Counted from the stretch's first letter, positions 1-11,520 are shown. The stretch is 64,000 nucleotides of DNA from Candidatus Obscuribacteraceae bacterium (GCA_044226015.1 JBGAHS010000003.1:789364-853363), one strand, 5' to 3'. The notes: generated by a model from the letters alone, not told the origin. Numbers and translations: made by a program.

Positions 1-1
1 G

Positions 2-634
2 GGACTGGAAGGCTTCGACTGGTCCGCTTTTCTACAGGAAGACGTTTATGTTGTTGACGACGCAAAAGCAGCGCTGCTCGGAGAAATTTGGAAGGGAAGT
101 GCGCAAGGTTTGCAGGACGTTATCATGATTACTCTTGGCACCGGTGTTGGTGGCGCCATTTTTGCAAACAACCAACTCGTGAGAGGACATATTGGACGAG
201 CCGGAAACCTTGGTCACATTTCTCTAGACACCTCTGGAGACCCAGATGTATCAGGCATGCCCGGTAGTCTCGAAAATGCGATAGGCAACTGCACGATTAA
301 AAGCCGAAGCAATAATCGATTTACGTCAACAAAAGAACTGGTTGAAGCTGCGAAAAACGGCGACCGGGAGGCTGAGCAAATCTGGGATTTATCAATGCGC
401 AAGCTAGCTTGTGCCTGCGCTGCTTATATAAACATTCTCGACCCAGAAGCAATCATTATTGGTGGTGGCATCGCGAAGGCAGGCGGATTTCTCTTCGAAA
501 AACTCAATCGCGAGTTGGAAAAGGTAGAATGGCGGCCAAACAATTATGCTGTAAAAATACTTCCTGCCGAGCTGGGAGAATGGGCCGGCGCAATGGGCGC
601 AGCCTATAATGCCATTCTTGAAGCCTCAGCTTAG
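2..634 (+). CDS. ROK family sugar kinase (5' truncated by window edge)
   Basis: Frame is open from position 2; motifs DDAKAA, ITLGTGVGG, GNLGH, LDPEAIIIGGG, AGAMGAA. Confidence 0.85.
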   Translation, partial: GLEGFDWSAFLQEDVYVVDDAKAALLGEIWKGSAQGLQDVIMITLGTGVGGAIFANNQLVRGHIGRAGNLGHISLDTSGDPDVSGMPGSLENAIGNCTIKSRSNNRFTSTKELVEAAKNGDREAEQIWDLSMRKLACACAAYINILDPEAIIIGGGIAKAGGFLFEKLNRELEKVEWRPNNYAVKILPAELGEWAGAMGAAYNAILEASA

Positions 635-656
635 AAAGACTGGAAACTGCCACTTC

Positions 657-1361
657 TCATGGAAGATCCGTATACAACTCAAGGTCTGGATGCAGCCATA
701 AGAAAGAGCCCGGAAATTTGGGGTCAATTTTAGCTTCGAGAAAGCGCGCCAGCTGCGCTTTCTTTTGTTCTCCATTCACCAGAAAAATGATCCTCTTCGA
801 CGACAAGATCTCTCTCATACCCATCGTATAACCAAACTCCATTTTCTTTCCACTCGAAGCAATCATCGAGTGCTGCTGCGATTGCGAGCTTAAAGTGGCT
901 ATATGTGCGTACGGCTGCAAATATTCAGCAGGCTCATTGAATCCCAAATGTCCATTCAAACCCAGCCCGAGAACGCAGATATCAATTGGCGTTTCCTTCG
1001 CCAACGCACTCCTCACTCGTGCACACTCCAGCTCGGGCTCGGCGGCGTCGCCAGCAAAACTAAGAAACGTACTTGTATCTATCTTAAGCGGCTCGATAAA
1101 ATAATTGCGAATGTAATGCTCGCAACTTCCCTCATCAGTCCCGCTAAGACCGCCCCACTCATCAAGTTTTACCACCTGCACTCGCTTGAAAGAAGTGCCC
1201 GAATGAGAGGCTTTCTCTGCTACCTTTTCATAACACAGCCTGGGTGACGAACCTGTCGCCAAGCAAATTTTCAGCGTAGGATTTCCAATGACTGCCATGA
1301 CGATTTGCTCTGCTGCTGCATTGCTCATTGATTCGTAATCAGCATATCGAAAAATCTTCAT
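657..1361 (-). CDS. Glucosamine-6-P deaminase / galactosamine-6-P isomerase family (NagB/AgaI-like)
   Basis: LATGSSP, LDEW, LGLGLNGHLGFNEP, TMG, PGSFLWLHP motifs. Confidence 0.85.
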   Translation of the reverse strand: MKIFRYADYESMSNAAAEQIVMAVIGNPTLKICLATGSSPRLCYEKVAEKASHSGTSFKRVQVVKLDEWGGLSGTDEGSCEHYIRNYFIEPLKIDTSTFLSFAGDAAEPELECARVRSALAKETPIDICVLGLGLNGHLGFNEPAEYLQPYAHIATLSSQSQQHSMIASSGKKMEFGYTMGMREILSSKRIIFLVNGEQKKAQLARFLEAKIDPKFPGSFLWLHPDLELYTDLP

Positions 1362-1378
1362 TACTCTTTCCCTTCTAC

Positions 1379-1651
1379 TTACCCTTCTTCAAACGAATTT
1401 GCTTTAGAAATTTCGCTATTTGACGCTGCGTGCAATTGCTTTCTCTTATCCATTTGAATAAGACCAAACATGATGCATGCAAAACAAAACATACTAATTC
1501 CACAGGTCAAATCCAGATTCAAACGAAGCCTCTGTACTGGCTCTACAACCAACTCCAATATGGTGATTTGGGGATCAACCAGCCCATAAATTATGAGCAT
1601 GGCGCCGACAATAATGAAAAGATATGCGATTGGTTTTTTCACATCGAGCAT
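1379..1651 (-). CDS. Small 2-TM membrane protein co-transcribed with the symporter
   Basis: 90 aa with two hydrophobic segments, starting a few nt after the symporter stop. Confidence 0.65.
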   Translation of the reverse strand: MLDVKKPIAYLFIIVGAMLIIYGLVDPQITILELVVEPVQRLRLNLDLTCGISMFCFACIMFGLIQMDKRKQLHAASNSEISKANSFEEG

Positions 1652-1655
1652 TTCT

Positions 1656-3272
1656 TCACCAGAACCAGATATTTAGCGCAATAGTCAATAGTGAAACCGA
1701 GACTGCCAGAACTACCGGGCGTTGGTACCACGCAAGAGTACTGACAGGCGGAGAGTCCGAAAGACCCCAGCACAAGCCATAAAGCTCTGACTCAGGCTTC
1801 TTCTTAGTGAAAAACGAAATCAAAACTGTAGTCACAAAACAAACACACCAGGCGATTGTAGCCCGCCAAAAATTACCAGCCATTATAGATGGATAGTGAA
1901 TTGTATTATTTACCGTCAAATAATAATGCACTACCGCAGAAATGATACCAATTAGCAAGCCCCAGAAAGCTCCCCAAGGACTGCATTTTTTCCAGAACAT
2001 ACCCAGCAAGAAGGTCGCAAACAGGGGCGCGTTAAAGAAAGAGAAAATCAGCTGCATATAGTCCATAATACTGGGGAAACCCATTACAAGATAAGCCGTC
2101 GCGATGCTTATTAAGATACCACCTGCGGTGGCAATACGCCCCATCTGAAGATAATGTTGATCGCTCTTGTTTTTTGCAATGTAGCTTTGGTAGAGGTCAT
2201 AAGTCCAAACCGTGTTGAATGCAGTCACATTGCCAGCCATACCTGACATGAAGCTAGCCAGCATGGCAGTTAAACCAAGTCCCAACATTCCGCTGGGATA
2301 TAGCTTTCCTAGAAGAAGCGGCAAGGCCATGTTGTAAGAGAGAGTATCATTGTTGGAACCTATGCCTTTTATCATCACGACAGCCATTAGCCCCGGCAAT
2401 ACTGTCACAAAAGGAAAAAGGGCTTGCGGAAAAGCAGCTATGAGCGGGGTTCGTTGCGCCGCAGGTAAACTCTCGGCAGCAAGTGCGCGCTGCACCACAA
2501 GAAAGTCAGTGCACCAATAGCCGAACGAAAGTACAAAACCCAATCCCGATAGCAGTCCGTAAATATCCACCCCCATGGGATTGTTCGAACTCAGAGTACC
2601 TGTCCAGAGGTGCATAAAAGCGGGATCAGGCATGGCTTTTGCCAAGCCGTCCATTCCTCCAAATTTGATCAACCCTAAAATAGAAATTGGAGCAAGGCCG
2701 AATACTATTAGAAAAAACTGCACAACCTCATTGTAAATGGATGAAGCAAGACCGCCAAGCATGGTGTACACAAGCACTACACCGGCGGCAACAAGAATGG
2801 ACATGTTCATGTCCCATCCCAACAAGAGCTGAAAAACCAGCGCCATCGCGTAAAGATTGATGCCGGACATCAAAACTGTCATTACAGTAAAAGAGATCGC
2901 GTTCAAGGCTCTAGTGGGCTCATTGAAGCGCATCTTCAAATATTCAGGCACGCTACGAACGCGTGAACCATAATAAAATGGCATCATAAAAAGCGCCAGG
3001 AAAATCATAGCGGGAATGCCACCGATCCAGAAAAAATGAGCAGTCATAATGCCATACTGAACACCATTTGCGGCCATACCCATAACCTCGAGAGCACCCA
3101 GGTTAGCCGACATCAGTGCAATTCCTGTAACCCAACTGGGAATTTTGTGGCCCGCCAGAAAAAAGTCCTCGCTCGACTTCATCTGACTCCTCAGCACAAA
3201 ACCGACTGCTATTACGAATACGAAGTATATGGCAACGATTGCATAGTCAACAATGCCAATCTGAATGTGCAA
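1656..3272 (-). CDS. Sodium:solute symporter (SSS family, probably sugar)
   Basis: Many TM helices; DFFLAG, SVPEYLKMRF, YWCTDFLVVQRALAA motifs. Confidence 0.9.
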   Translation of the reverse strand: MHIQIGIVDYAIVAIYFVFVIAVGFVLRSQMKSSEDFFLAGHKIPSWVTGIALMSANLGALEVMGMAANGVQYGIMTAHFFWIGGIPAMIFLALFMMPFYYGSRVRSVPEYLKMRFNEPTRALNAISFTVMTVLMSGINLYAMALVFQLLLGWDMNMSILVAAGVVLVYTMLGGLASSIYNEVVQFFLIVFGLAPISILGLIKFGGMDGLAKAMPDPAFMHLWTGTLSSNNPMGVDIYGLLSGLGFVLSFGYWCTDFLVVQRALAAESLPAAQRTPLIAAFPQALFPFVTVLPGLMAVVMIKGIGSNNDTLSYNMALPLLLGKLYPSGMLGLGLTAMLASFMSGMAGNVTAFNTVWTYDLYQSYIAKNKSDQHYLQMGRIATAGGILISIATAYLVMGFPSIMDYMQLIFSFFNAPLFATFLLGMFWKKCSPWGAFWGLLIGIISAVVHYYLTVNNTIHYPSIMAGNFWRATIAWCVCFVTTVLISFFTKKKPESELYGLCWGLSDSPPVSTLAWYQRPVVLAVSVSLLTIALNIWFW

Positions 3273-3414
3273 ACCCGCGTTCTCCAGAAACTATGGAAAT
3301 TATTGATCTCCAGACGCTCAAGAGCTATGCGAAATCTACGATTGCAAACTTATCTATGTGTAATACATACAGTTTTGCGGTCATTCACAGTAGAGACTGT
3401 TGAGATTAACGCCG

Positions 3415-4311
3415 TTACTTGAATGCCAATGACGCAGGCACCGCTGGGTCGATCAACCTGGCTCTATCAAGGTCTGCCCGAGCTGAGCTCTCATGGTTCA
3501 TCTGATGATACAAGAACGCTCGGGCTAGAAGATACTTAGAACTGCTAGAATCGAGGCTTATCGATTCACCAAATTCTTCAGCGGCTTTTGGATATTTCTT
3601 TTCCTGCTGCAAAGCTAATGCGTAGTTAAAATGAACGCTTGCCTCACGAGGATTGCTCTCAAGTGATTTGCGGCAAGACAAAATGGTTCCTTTGCTGTCC
3701 GCTAGAATCTTGTCCAGCCCCTCTGGATGCAAAAAAGGGGTCTTCAAATCGTCGGGGAACTCAGGGCGCACGATGCCACTAAATACAGTACCAGGAGCAA
3801 ATTCAGCTTTTCGATTTTCTGAAACTATTTTTGCGGCTTCCAAATAATTCTGCACTGATTGCTCATTTTGAGGTCCCTTAGCAGCGGCATTCGCCTCCTG
3901 CGGAGTGGCTTTCGATGCCGATTGCAGCAGCGATGGATCAAGCCTCAGCGCCTCTTCGTAATCCATAATCGAATGTGGATTGTCACCGGTTTTGCAGTAA
4001 GTAGCACCTCTCCAGAGATAAAACTCTGCATTTTTCGCATCCACTAAAATCGCAGAGCTAAAATCATCAAGTGCAAGTTTCATATTGCGCAAATAATAGA
4101 AGCACTGCCCTCTTTTGAAGTAGCCTTTTGCATTGCGGGTATTGGCTCCTACAACTTGATTGAATGAGAGTATTGCCCCATCGAAATCGCGCCGGGACAT
4201 TCTTTCAAGACCCTCGGTATAAGAGGGAACATCATAGTCCGCAAAAGCAGAAAATGGCACGAACACATTAGTTAAGAGTGCAATTATCGCTACAGTAAGT
4301 TTCTTGTTCAT
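3415..4311 (-). CDS. Secreted TPR protein
   Basis: Signal peptide (AFA-D) followed by TPR repeats. Confidence 0.8.
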   Translation of the reverse strand: MNKKLTVAIIALLTNVFVPFSAFADYDVPSYTEGLERMSRRDFDGAILSFNQVVGANTRNAKGYFKRGQCFYYLRNMKLALDDFSSAILVDAKNAEFYLWRGATYCKTGDNPHSIMDYEEALRLDPSLLQSASKATPQEANAAAKGPQNEQSVQNYLEAAKIVSENRKAEFAPGTVFSGIVRPEFPDDLKTPFLHPEGLDKILADSKGTILSCRKSLESNPREASVHFNYALALQQEKKYPKAAEEFGESISLDSSSSKYLLARAFLYHQMNHESSARADLDRARLIDPAVPASLAFK

Positions 4312-4314
4312 CTC

Positions 4315-5130
4315 TCAGTGACGATGGATTTTGGAAAGCGCCGCCGAAACTAGTTGTTTAAGCTTGTCGTCCTTCGCATGATTCAAGGCAAGCCTATATT
4401 CTGACTCCGCATCATCATATTTTTTTGTGCTCGCTAATGCAACCCCCAACACATAGTGTGCCTGTGCATTATCTGGAGATTTCTGCAGCAATGCTTGCAA
4501 GCGAGTGATTGCATCTGCATACTTAGCAGCAGCAATTTCTGCGCTCGCTAACGAAATCTCGGATGGCTTTGGTGGCACCGGAGTTCCATCAGACTTAAGC
4601 GCCACACCTAGAAGGCCAGCTACTGTGCTTTTCATAGTAGCGAACTCTTTCTCTTCGTATCCCATCGAAGCAAAAGCAACTTTTCCTGTCTTATCAATCA
4701 CAAAATTTCTTGGGATGCCTTTATTGGCGTAGAGATCGAACACGGTTCGTTTAGTGTCCGCCAAAATAGGCATAGTGAGCTTCGAGGACTCCTTGAACTG
4801 CTTCATCTCCTCGACACTATGCTCACGCCCAAGAACCAGAACCACCAACCCCCTATCCTTCATCGGCGCCCAGACTTCTGACTCAAGGTGCGGTAATTCT
4901 GCCCGACATGGTCCGCACCAGGTCGCAAAGAAATCGAGAACGACTACTTTTCCTTTGAAATCAGACAAAGACACCTTGGTTCCATCACTAGCCATCAAAG
5001 AAAAGCTAGGAGCCACTTGCCCTACCTTAACTCTGGCTTCCATACCAGGTTCCTCAACTGCCAGTGTGGGGACAGCTGACGCCGTGAAAATGGAAACAAA
5101 TGTGCATAAAAGAAAACACTTTTTGCGCAT
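4315..5130 (-). CDS. TlpA-like thiol:disulfide oxidoreductase with C-terminal TPR
   Basis: Signal peptide, FFATWCGPC, GIPRNFVID, then TPR. Confidence 0.85.
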   Translation of the reverse strand: MRKKCFLLCTFVSIFTASAVPTLAVEEPGMEARVKVGQVAPSFSLMASDGTKVSLSDFKGKVVVLDFFATWCGPCRAELPHLESEVWAPMKDRGLVVLVLGREHSVEEMKQFKESSKLTMPILADTKRTVFDLYANKGIPRNFVIDKTGKVAFASMGYEEKEFATMKSTVAGLLGVALKSDGTPVPPKPSEISLASAEIAAAKYADAITRLQALLQKSPDNAQAHYVLGVALASTKKYDDAESEYRLALNHAKDDKLKQLVSAALSKIHRH

Positions 5131-5196
5131 GATGAATACCTCCTACAAATTCTTTCCCTTTGTAGGCAAAAATCTGCGGCAGCTCGCAAAAATCAC

Positions 5197-5223
5197 AAAA
5201 GAAAAGTGCCCCTTTCGGGGCAC
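5197..5223 (-). terminator. Intrinsic terminator of clpC
   Basis: GTGCCCC-GAAA-GGGGCAC hairpin plus T-tract on the minus strand. Confidence 0.8.
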
Positions 5224-5247
5224 CTTGAGATTTGTACGGCAAGAAGC

Positions 5248-7794
5248 TTACTTGTCGTCGGAATCGCCTTTTCCTTCTTTGGCTTCAGCTTTATCCTCAG
5301 ACTTGTCTTTCTTGCTGCTCTTTGCAGTTGCTGCGACTTCTTTCTTTTCTGGAGCTTTTTCGAAGCGGAATGCATCGGAATCCAGAACCGTATGAATGGT
5401 ATCACCTTCTTTGAAGCGACCCGCCAGAACTTGTTCGGCAAGTGCATCTTCCAACAAACGTTGAATAGAACGACGTAGTGGTCTTGCTCCGTAGGTTGGG
5501 TTGTAGCCATCTTTTGCGATAAAGTCTTTGCAATCGTCGGTGATGACAAGTTCCATTCCTTGAGCTTTGAGACGGCTTTGCAAATCTGCAGTCATGATAT
5601 CGACAATTCTGCGGATTTCTTCCTTCGTAAGCTGTTGGAATACGATGATTTCATCGATTCTGTTCAAGAACTCTGGTCTGAATGTCTTCTTCATAGAATC
5701 CATGACGAGATCGCGAATCTTCTTGTAACGCTCGGAGTGCTCTTGCTTCGTGTCAGCAAGCTGGAAGCCTACGGTCAACGATGACTTATCAATGAACTGA
5801 GCACCAACGTTGGAGGTCATAATGATGATCGCGTTCTTGAAGTCAACCGTGCGTCCCTTACTGTCAGACAAACGACCATCGTCGAGAATCTGGAGCAACA
5901 CGTTAAATACATCTGGGTGCGCTTTTTCAATTTCATCGAACAGCACAACTGAGTATGGCTTTCTGCGTACTGCTTCAGTAAGCTGACCGCCTTCCTGGTA
6001 GCCGACGTATCCTGGAGGTGAACCAATCAACTTCGATGTTGTGTGGTGCTCCATGAACTCAGACATGTCGATACGGATCATGTTGTCTTCGGAACCAAAG
6101 AAATAACCTGCCAGAGCCTTCGCCAACTCGGTTTTACCTACACCAGTAGGACCTGAGAAGATGAAGCTACCGATTGGACGGTTCGGATTTTTCAAGCCAA
6201 CGCGCGAACGGCGAATAGCCTTACAAACAGCTTCAACAGCATCGTCTTGACCGATAACTCTCTGGTGCAAAACGTCTGACATGTGCAGCAATCTTTCTGA
6301 TTCGCCTTCGGTAAGTTTCAGAAGCGGAATGCCTGTCCAGGTGCTTACTACGTGAGCTACTTCCTCGCCAGTAACAACCGGCTTTTCGGTTTCCTGTTTT
6401 GCTTTCCATGCTGCCTGAATGTCGCGAATTTTTTCTGAAAGCTTGGTTTCAGATTCACGCAATGAGGCTGCTTTTTCGAACTCTTGATTGCGAATTGCAG
6501 TTTCCTTGTCGCGACGAACTTTGCGCAATTCGCGGTCAACTTCCTTGCCTTCTGGTGGCAATGAACTGGCTCTCAAGCGAACGCGTGATGAAGCTTCGTC
6601 AATAATATCGATAGCTTTGTCTGGAAGAAAACGATCGCTGATGTATCTATCGGAAAGCTTGGTAGCATGTTCGATAGCCTCATCAGAGATAATCAAACGA
6701 TGGTGCTCTTCATACTTCGAGCGCAAGCCACGAAGAATTTCGATTGTTTCGTCCACGCTCGGTGGGTCGATGATAACAGGCTGGAATCTGCGTTCCAATG
6801 CGGCATCACGCTCGATGTGCTTACGATATTCATCCATCGTTGTAGCACCGATACACTGCAGTTCGCCTCTCGACAGAGCTGGTTTCAAGATGTTAGCCGC
6901 GTCGATTGCGCCTTCTGCTGCACCAGCACCAATCAATGTGTGCAACTCGTCGATAACAAGCATAACGTTGCCTGCACCGCGAATTTCATCCATGATTTTC
7001 TTGAGACGCTCTTCAAACTCGCCTCTGTACTTGGTTCCAGCGACCAACAAACCGATGTCTAACTGAACAATTTTCTTGTCCATCAAAATGTCTGGAACAT
7101 CAGCATTCGAAATGCGAATAGCCAGACCTTCTGCGATAGCGGTTTTACCTACGCCAGGCTCACCGATCAGAACAGGATTATTCTTTGTTCTACGACCGAG
7201 AATTTGGATCACACGCTCGATTTCTTTCTCGCGTCCGACTACCGGGTCGAGGCGTCCTTCTTGTGCAGCCTGAGTCAGATTGACACCAAACTCATCGAGG
7301 GTTGGTGTTTTTGATCTGCCCGTACCAGCAGATGTGGTAGCACCCGCGGTGGCAGCTCCACTTTCACCGAGAAGGCGAATCACATGGCTTCTGACCTTTG
7401 TCAAGTCGACTCCGAGGTTTTCCAACACTCTAGCGGCGACCCCTTCTCCTTCTCTAATCAGTCCGAGTAAGAGATGTTCAGTACCGATGTAGTTATGACC
7501 TAGCTGTCTGGCTTCATCCCAGGATAGTTCCAGAACGCGCTTAGCACGCGGTGTAAATGGAATTTCTACTGCAACAAATCCAGAACCCCGGCCGATAATT
7601 TTCTCAACTTCGACACGAGCATCCTTCAGGTTCACGCCCATTGACTTCAATGTCTTGGCAGCGATCCCTGTTCCCTCGCCGATTAGACCCAAAAGGATTT
7701 GCTCAGTACCCACGAAGTTGTGCCCCAATCTGCGGGCTTCTTCCTGGGCAAGCATAATCACTTTGATTGCCTTCTCTGTGAAACGCTCAAACAT
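5248..7794 (-). CDS. clpC: ATP-dependent Clp protease ATP-binding subunit ClpC
   Basis: [33 protein letters not shown]-terminus (cyanobacterial type); two AAA+ modules ([16 protein letters not shown]). Confidence 0.97.
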   Translation of the reverse strand: MFERFTEKAIKVIMLAQEEARRLGHNFVGTEQILLGLIGEGTGIAAKTLKSMGVNLKDARVEVEKIIGRGSGFVAVEIPFTPRAKRVLELSWDEARQLGHNYIGTEHLLLGLIREGEGVAARVLENLGVDLTKVRSHVIRLLGESGAATAGATTSAGTGRSKTPTLDEFGVNLTQAAQEGRLDPVVGREKEIERVIQILGRRTKNNPVLIGEPGVGKTAIAEGLAIRISNADVPDILMDKKIVQLDIGLLVAGTKYRGEFEERLKKIMDEIRGAGNVMLVIDELHTLIGAGAAEGAIDAANILKPALSRGELQCIGATTMDEYRKHIERDAALERRFQPVIIDPPSVDETIEILRGLRSKYEEHHRLIISDEAIEHATKLSDRYISDRFLPDKAIDIIDEASSRVRLRASSLPPEGKEVDRELRKVRRDKETAIRNQEFEKAASLRESETKLSEKIRDIQAAWKAKQETEKPVVTGEEVAHVVSTWTGIPLLKLTEGESERLLHMSDVLHQRVIGQDDAVEAVCKAIRRSRVGLKNPNRPIGSFIFSGPTGVGKTELAKALAGYFFGSEDNMIRIDMSEFMEHHTTSKLIGSPPGYVGYQEGGQLTEAVRRKPYSVVLFDEIEKAHPDVFNVLLQILDDGRLSDSKGRTVDFKNAIIIMTSNVGAQFIDKSSLTVGFQLADTKQEHSERYKKIRDLVMDSMKKTFRPEFLNRIDEIIVFQQLTKEEIRRIVDIMTADLQSRLKAQGMELVITDDCKDFIAKDGYNPTYGARPLRRSIQRLLEDALAEQVLAGRFKEGDTIHTVLDSDAFRFEKAPEKKEVAATAKSSKKDKSEDKAEAKEGKGDSDDK

Positions 7795-7962
7795 GGCGAA
7801 TTACGCCTCCCGTAACAGCTTAATGTAATTCATTCTAACACTATGTTTATGGTCAATAGCCCGGAAAGCTCCAAAAAATCGAGCACAAGCCTGATTTTTA
7901 GTTTCAGCCCGTTAAGCTATTGATAATGATTTTTTCCACGTACTGCGGCAACTCATGCGTCG

Positions 7963-10287
7963 TCAAGCGTGAGTTTCTTTTCCTTCAGCAAGTTGCGAAA
8001 AGTCACATTCCTTGTTGGAGCAAGCGATTTGGTCGCCACGCTTCAAGGTCTTGTAAAGCAGCAAGCTTTCGCATTTCGGACAAGTTGTCTTGCCATTTGG
8101 TCCATCAGAAAGCAGCGGTGGATACCAGTACGCGGAAGGACACTGATTCAGACCATAATTGCTGCAGCCGTAGAACATTTTTCCACGTCTTGACTTCTTC
8201 TCTACGATGTCTCCACCGCAGCCTTCACGCGGGCACACAACACCAGTCGTCTTCACGATAGGTCGCTGTGCATTACATTCAGGATTGCTGCCTGTGTTGG
8301 TGCAATGCAAGTAATCTCCATAGCGCCCGTAGCGAATGACCATAGGCGCAGTGCATTGCTTGCAGAGCTCTTCTGAGGGTCTATCAGGCGGAACAGGCAA
8401 ACCTTCTTTTGTGAGTTTGACTGTGCTCTTGCATTCTGGATATCCAGTACATCCAAGAAAAGGACCGTAGCGTGATGATTTGACTGCCATCTGCAAACCG
8501 CAAAGAGGACAGTTTTGGTCAGAGAGGATGACTATTTTGTTCATGCTCTCTTCTGCTTTCTTCAGAGTCTCGCCGAATGGCTTGTAGAACTCTTTCAGCA
8601 TGCCATGCCAATCGACCTTATCGTCTTCGATCTGGTCAAGTTTGGCTTCCATTTCAGCTGTAAAGCCGACATCAACGATGTTGCCGAAATGTTCGACAAG
8701 CATTTCGTTGACAGCTCTTCCAAGCTTTGTTGGAACAAGAGTTTTGTTCTGGCGCTCAACATATTTGCGATCGATAATCGTCGCTACAGTTGCCACATAT
8801 GTTGACGGTCTTCCAATTCCAAGTTCCTCAAGAGTCTTAACAAGACTTGCTTCGCTGAATCTCGGAGGTGGCTGAGTGAAGTGTTGCTTTGGATCAAGAT
8901 CCTTCAACTTGAGAGAATCTTTCTTGTCCAACTCTGGGAGATGAGCCGTATCTTCATTATCTTCGTCATCAGATTCTTTTGACTCACGATTGAGAACAAT
9001 GGTATATCCAGCAAAAGTTATCTCCGAAGCCGATGCTCTGAAAACTGCTTTGCCAGCGGTTATTTCAACCGTTCTTGTGGATAGTTCTGCCGAAGCCATC
9101 TGGCTTGCGACAAATCTTTCCCAGATCAATTTATATACTTTGTATTGATCAGCCGAAAGATGTGACTTGATTGACTCTGGTGTCTTGTAAACGCTCGTAG
9201 GACGAATAGCTTCGTGCGCGTCCTGCATGCTCTTTGCTTTTCTTTCGTAAACGCGTGGCTTTTCAGGATAATACTTTTTGCCATGCTTTTCGAGAATGTA
9301 CTCTTTTGCTTCGTCTTGAGCTTGTTGAGCAACACGAGTCGAGTCAGTTCTCATGTAAGTGATAAGACCTGATGGACCTTGTGTTCCAAGTTCCACACCT
9401 TCGTACAAAGACTGCGCAACTTGCATGGTCTTTTTGACTGTAAAACCTAGAGCATTTGCAGCTTCTCTCTGCAAGGTAGATGTAATAAACGGAGCCTGAG
9501 GTTGTCTCTGGCTGCTCTTGGTGGTTACAGAACTAACTACAAAGTCTTCTGACTCAATTGCCTTTGTGATTTTCTTGCACTCTTTTTCAGAGTCAATCGT
9601 CATCGTTCCACTGCCACCCTTATCGGAGGCAGAGATGATGCGCTTCCCGTCCCACTTCACAAGGTTAGCTTTGAAGCCTTGCTTTGAACGAGCCTTCGAA
9701 AATTCGCCTTTCAAAGTCCAATATTCTATTGGGACAAAACTTTCGATTTCGACTTCGCGTTCACAAATGATGCGCACGGCCACGCTCTGCACACGACCGG
9801 CAGATCTGCCGTTAATTCTGCGCCATAGCAACGGGCTGATTTTATAACCTACAAGACGATCTAGCAGACGACGAGCTTGTTGAGCGTCTACAAGCTGTCC
9901 TTTTATATGACGCGGCTTTTTCATTGCCGCAAGAACTGCTTCTTTTGTAATTTCGTTGAACTCTACTCTGTGCAACTTCTTCGGTGGCACATCTAGAATC
10001 TCAGAAAGATGCCATGCAATTGCTTCCCCTTCTCGGTCAGGGTCAGGCGCGAGATAAACGTGATCAGCTTTCTCTGCTGCTTCTCTTAGTTCTTTTACGA
10101 TCGGTTCTTTATCGCGCAAAATCTCGTACTGAGGTTCGAAGTTCTTGCGCACGTTTACGCCTAACTTGTTCTTTGGTAGGTCACGTACGTGGCCGATACT
10201 GGCTTTGACCTGGAACTCTTGACCGAGGATCTTGGAAATCGTCTTGGCTTTTGCCGGAGACTCAACTATAACGAGAGATTTTCCCAT
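7963..10287 (-). CDS. topA: DNA topoisomerase I
   Basis: LVIVESPAKAKTI, DPDREGEAI, SAGRVQS, ITYMRTDS, C-terminal zinc ribbons. Confidence 0.97.
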   Translation of the reverse strand: MGKSLVIVESPAKAKTISKILGQEFQVKASIGHVRDLPKNKLGVNVRKNFEPQYEILRDKEPIVKELREAAEKADHVYLAPDPDREGEAIAWHLSEILDVPPKKLHRVEFNEITKEAVLAAMKKPRHIKGQLVDAQQARRLLDRLVGYKISPLLWRRINGRSAGRVQSVAVRIICEREVEIESFVPIEYWTLKGEFSKARSKQGFKANLVKWDGKRIISASDKGGSGTMTIDSEKECKKITKAIESEDFVVSSVTTKSSQRQPQAPFITSTLQREAANALGFTVKKTMQVAQSLYEGVELGTQGPSGLITYMRTDSTRVAQQAQDEAKEYILEKHGKKYYPEKPRVYERKAKSMQDAHEAIRPTSVYKTPESIKSHLSADQYKVYKLIWERFVASQMASAELSTRTVEITAGKAVFRASASEITFAGYTIVLNRESKESDDEDNEDTAHLPELDKKDSLKLKDLDPKQHFTQPPPRFSEASLVKTLEELGIGRPSTYVATVATIIDRKYVERQNKTLVPTKLGRAVNEMLVEHFGNIVDVGFTAEMEAKLDQIEDDKVDWHGMLKEFYKPFGETLKKAEESMNKIVILSDQNCPLCGLQMAVKSSRYGPFLGCTGYPECKSTVKLTKEGLPVPPDRPSEELCKQCTAPMVIRYGRYGDYLHCTNTGSNPECNAQRPIVKTTGVVCPREGCGGDIVEKKSRRGKMFYGCSNYGLNQCPSAYWYPPLLSDGPNGKTTCPKCESLLLYKTLKRGDQIACSNKECDFSQLAEGKETHA

Positions 10288-10653
10288 GCGTTGCTTACTG
10301 CTGTGTTGTGAAGAGGGAGTTACGAGTTATTCAAAATGACACGTTTTCTGGCTGCCGACAAGCCAAGAAAACCGATTAGGCTTCTGAAGACCTGTCAAGA
10401 ACCTTATGAGCGGTGAGTATAACACGCTCATCTTTTTATATATGATTTGCCATAATTTCTTCTGCCCAAATTTCCACCCTGCGCTTGATCTTTCAGCCAA
10501 ATGAAAAGGTGATGTCAAGACGACTGTTTAAGCGTATCTTGCCATCTTGTCACGATTGTGCGAATTTCCAGCGCTAAACATTGCCGCACAGGGCATTAGC
10601 AGGTTTTATGTTTTTTGGAAGATAAATTCGCAAATTTATTTCCTTTCACAAAT

Positions 10654-11178
10654 TTACAATCCAGATTTCGAAAAAGCTGCTATTTTCTCTTGACAAGCAG
10701 CGAGGACTTTTTCGGCTTCATTTCCGCGGGAAGTCAAAACAGCTTTTCGGCCACCCTCAGCGACATACTCAATACAAATGCGTAACTCAGAGTAATCGGA
10801 GCTAAAATCTTCCCAGAGATTAAGCCACTCCACGACTGCCACCACCCTGGGAAAAGTCTCCATTATTTCGTCTAACTCAAACTTCAAATTAGCGACCGCT
10901 CGCGAATCAAGATCGAGGTCTTCCTGCAAGCGATAGAGATCAAAATGGTAAAGCGGAACTTCCTGGGCGTTGTATTCATTCAACATCAGAAACGTCGGAC
11001 TGCTTACCGCATCCTCGACTCCAAGAGCCTGCGCAAGCCCCTGTGTTAAAGTCGTTTTGCCTGCACCAAGGTCCCCGATTAAGGCAAGAACTAAGCGTCC
11101 ACTGACGTTTTGCCCTATCAGTGCACCAAGCCGCACCGTGTCTTCAGCGCTATTCAGATGGATTTCTGTCTTGTTCAT
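10654..11178 (-). CDS. tsaE: tRNA t6A biosynthesis ATPase TsaE
   Basis: GDLGAGKTT, SSPTF, HFDLYRL, VVEW motifs. Confidence 0.93.
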   Translation of the reverse strand: MNKTEIHLNSAEDTVRLGALIGQNVSGRLVLALIGDLGAGKTTLTQGLAQALGVEDAVSSPTFLMLNEYNAQEVPLYHFDLYRLQEDLDLDSRAVANLKFELDEIMETFPRVVAVVEWLNLWEDFSSDYSELRICIEYVAEGGRKAVLTSRGNEAEKVLAACQEKIAAFSKSGL

Positions 11179-11183
11179 TTAGA

Positions 11184-11336
11184 AGGAGCGTCTCGGTCGG
11201 AGAACAGCCGCAGTTTTTTGTACCCGGGGATTGATCCAGGGTGGGAACCCTCCTTTGCGCATTCCGTTTCCTAATTCCAAATCGTCAAGCGACTTAGTTG
11301 CATAGGTATACTTCAGCGTTTCGAGTCGGACTCCCT
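11184..11336 (-). ncRNA. ssrS: 6S RNA (probable)
   Basis: Ends pair (GGAGT.../...GCTCC); contains GCTTGAC and CCCACCCTG...CGGGTAC-AAAAAAC-TGCGGC, resembling the Firmicute/cyanobacterial 6S 3' strand. Boundaries approximate. Confidence 0.7.
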
Positions 11337-11520
11337 AACTTATAAAACTTGTAGGACAAAACTTGCTCAGCAAAATCCTACGACCGAGACTATGAAGGAT
11401 CATAGCAGATCAATCCGCCAGTCAAAATCATCAATTTTCTAAAATCATCTGCTTCCAATCCACTTAGATCTTTTACTGCAGATAATCAAACTTTACCTAT
11501 CTTGCACAAACGAAATGCTA

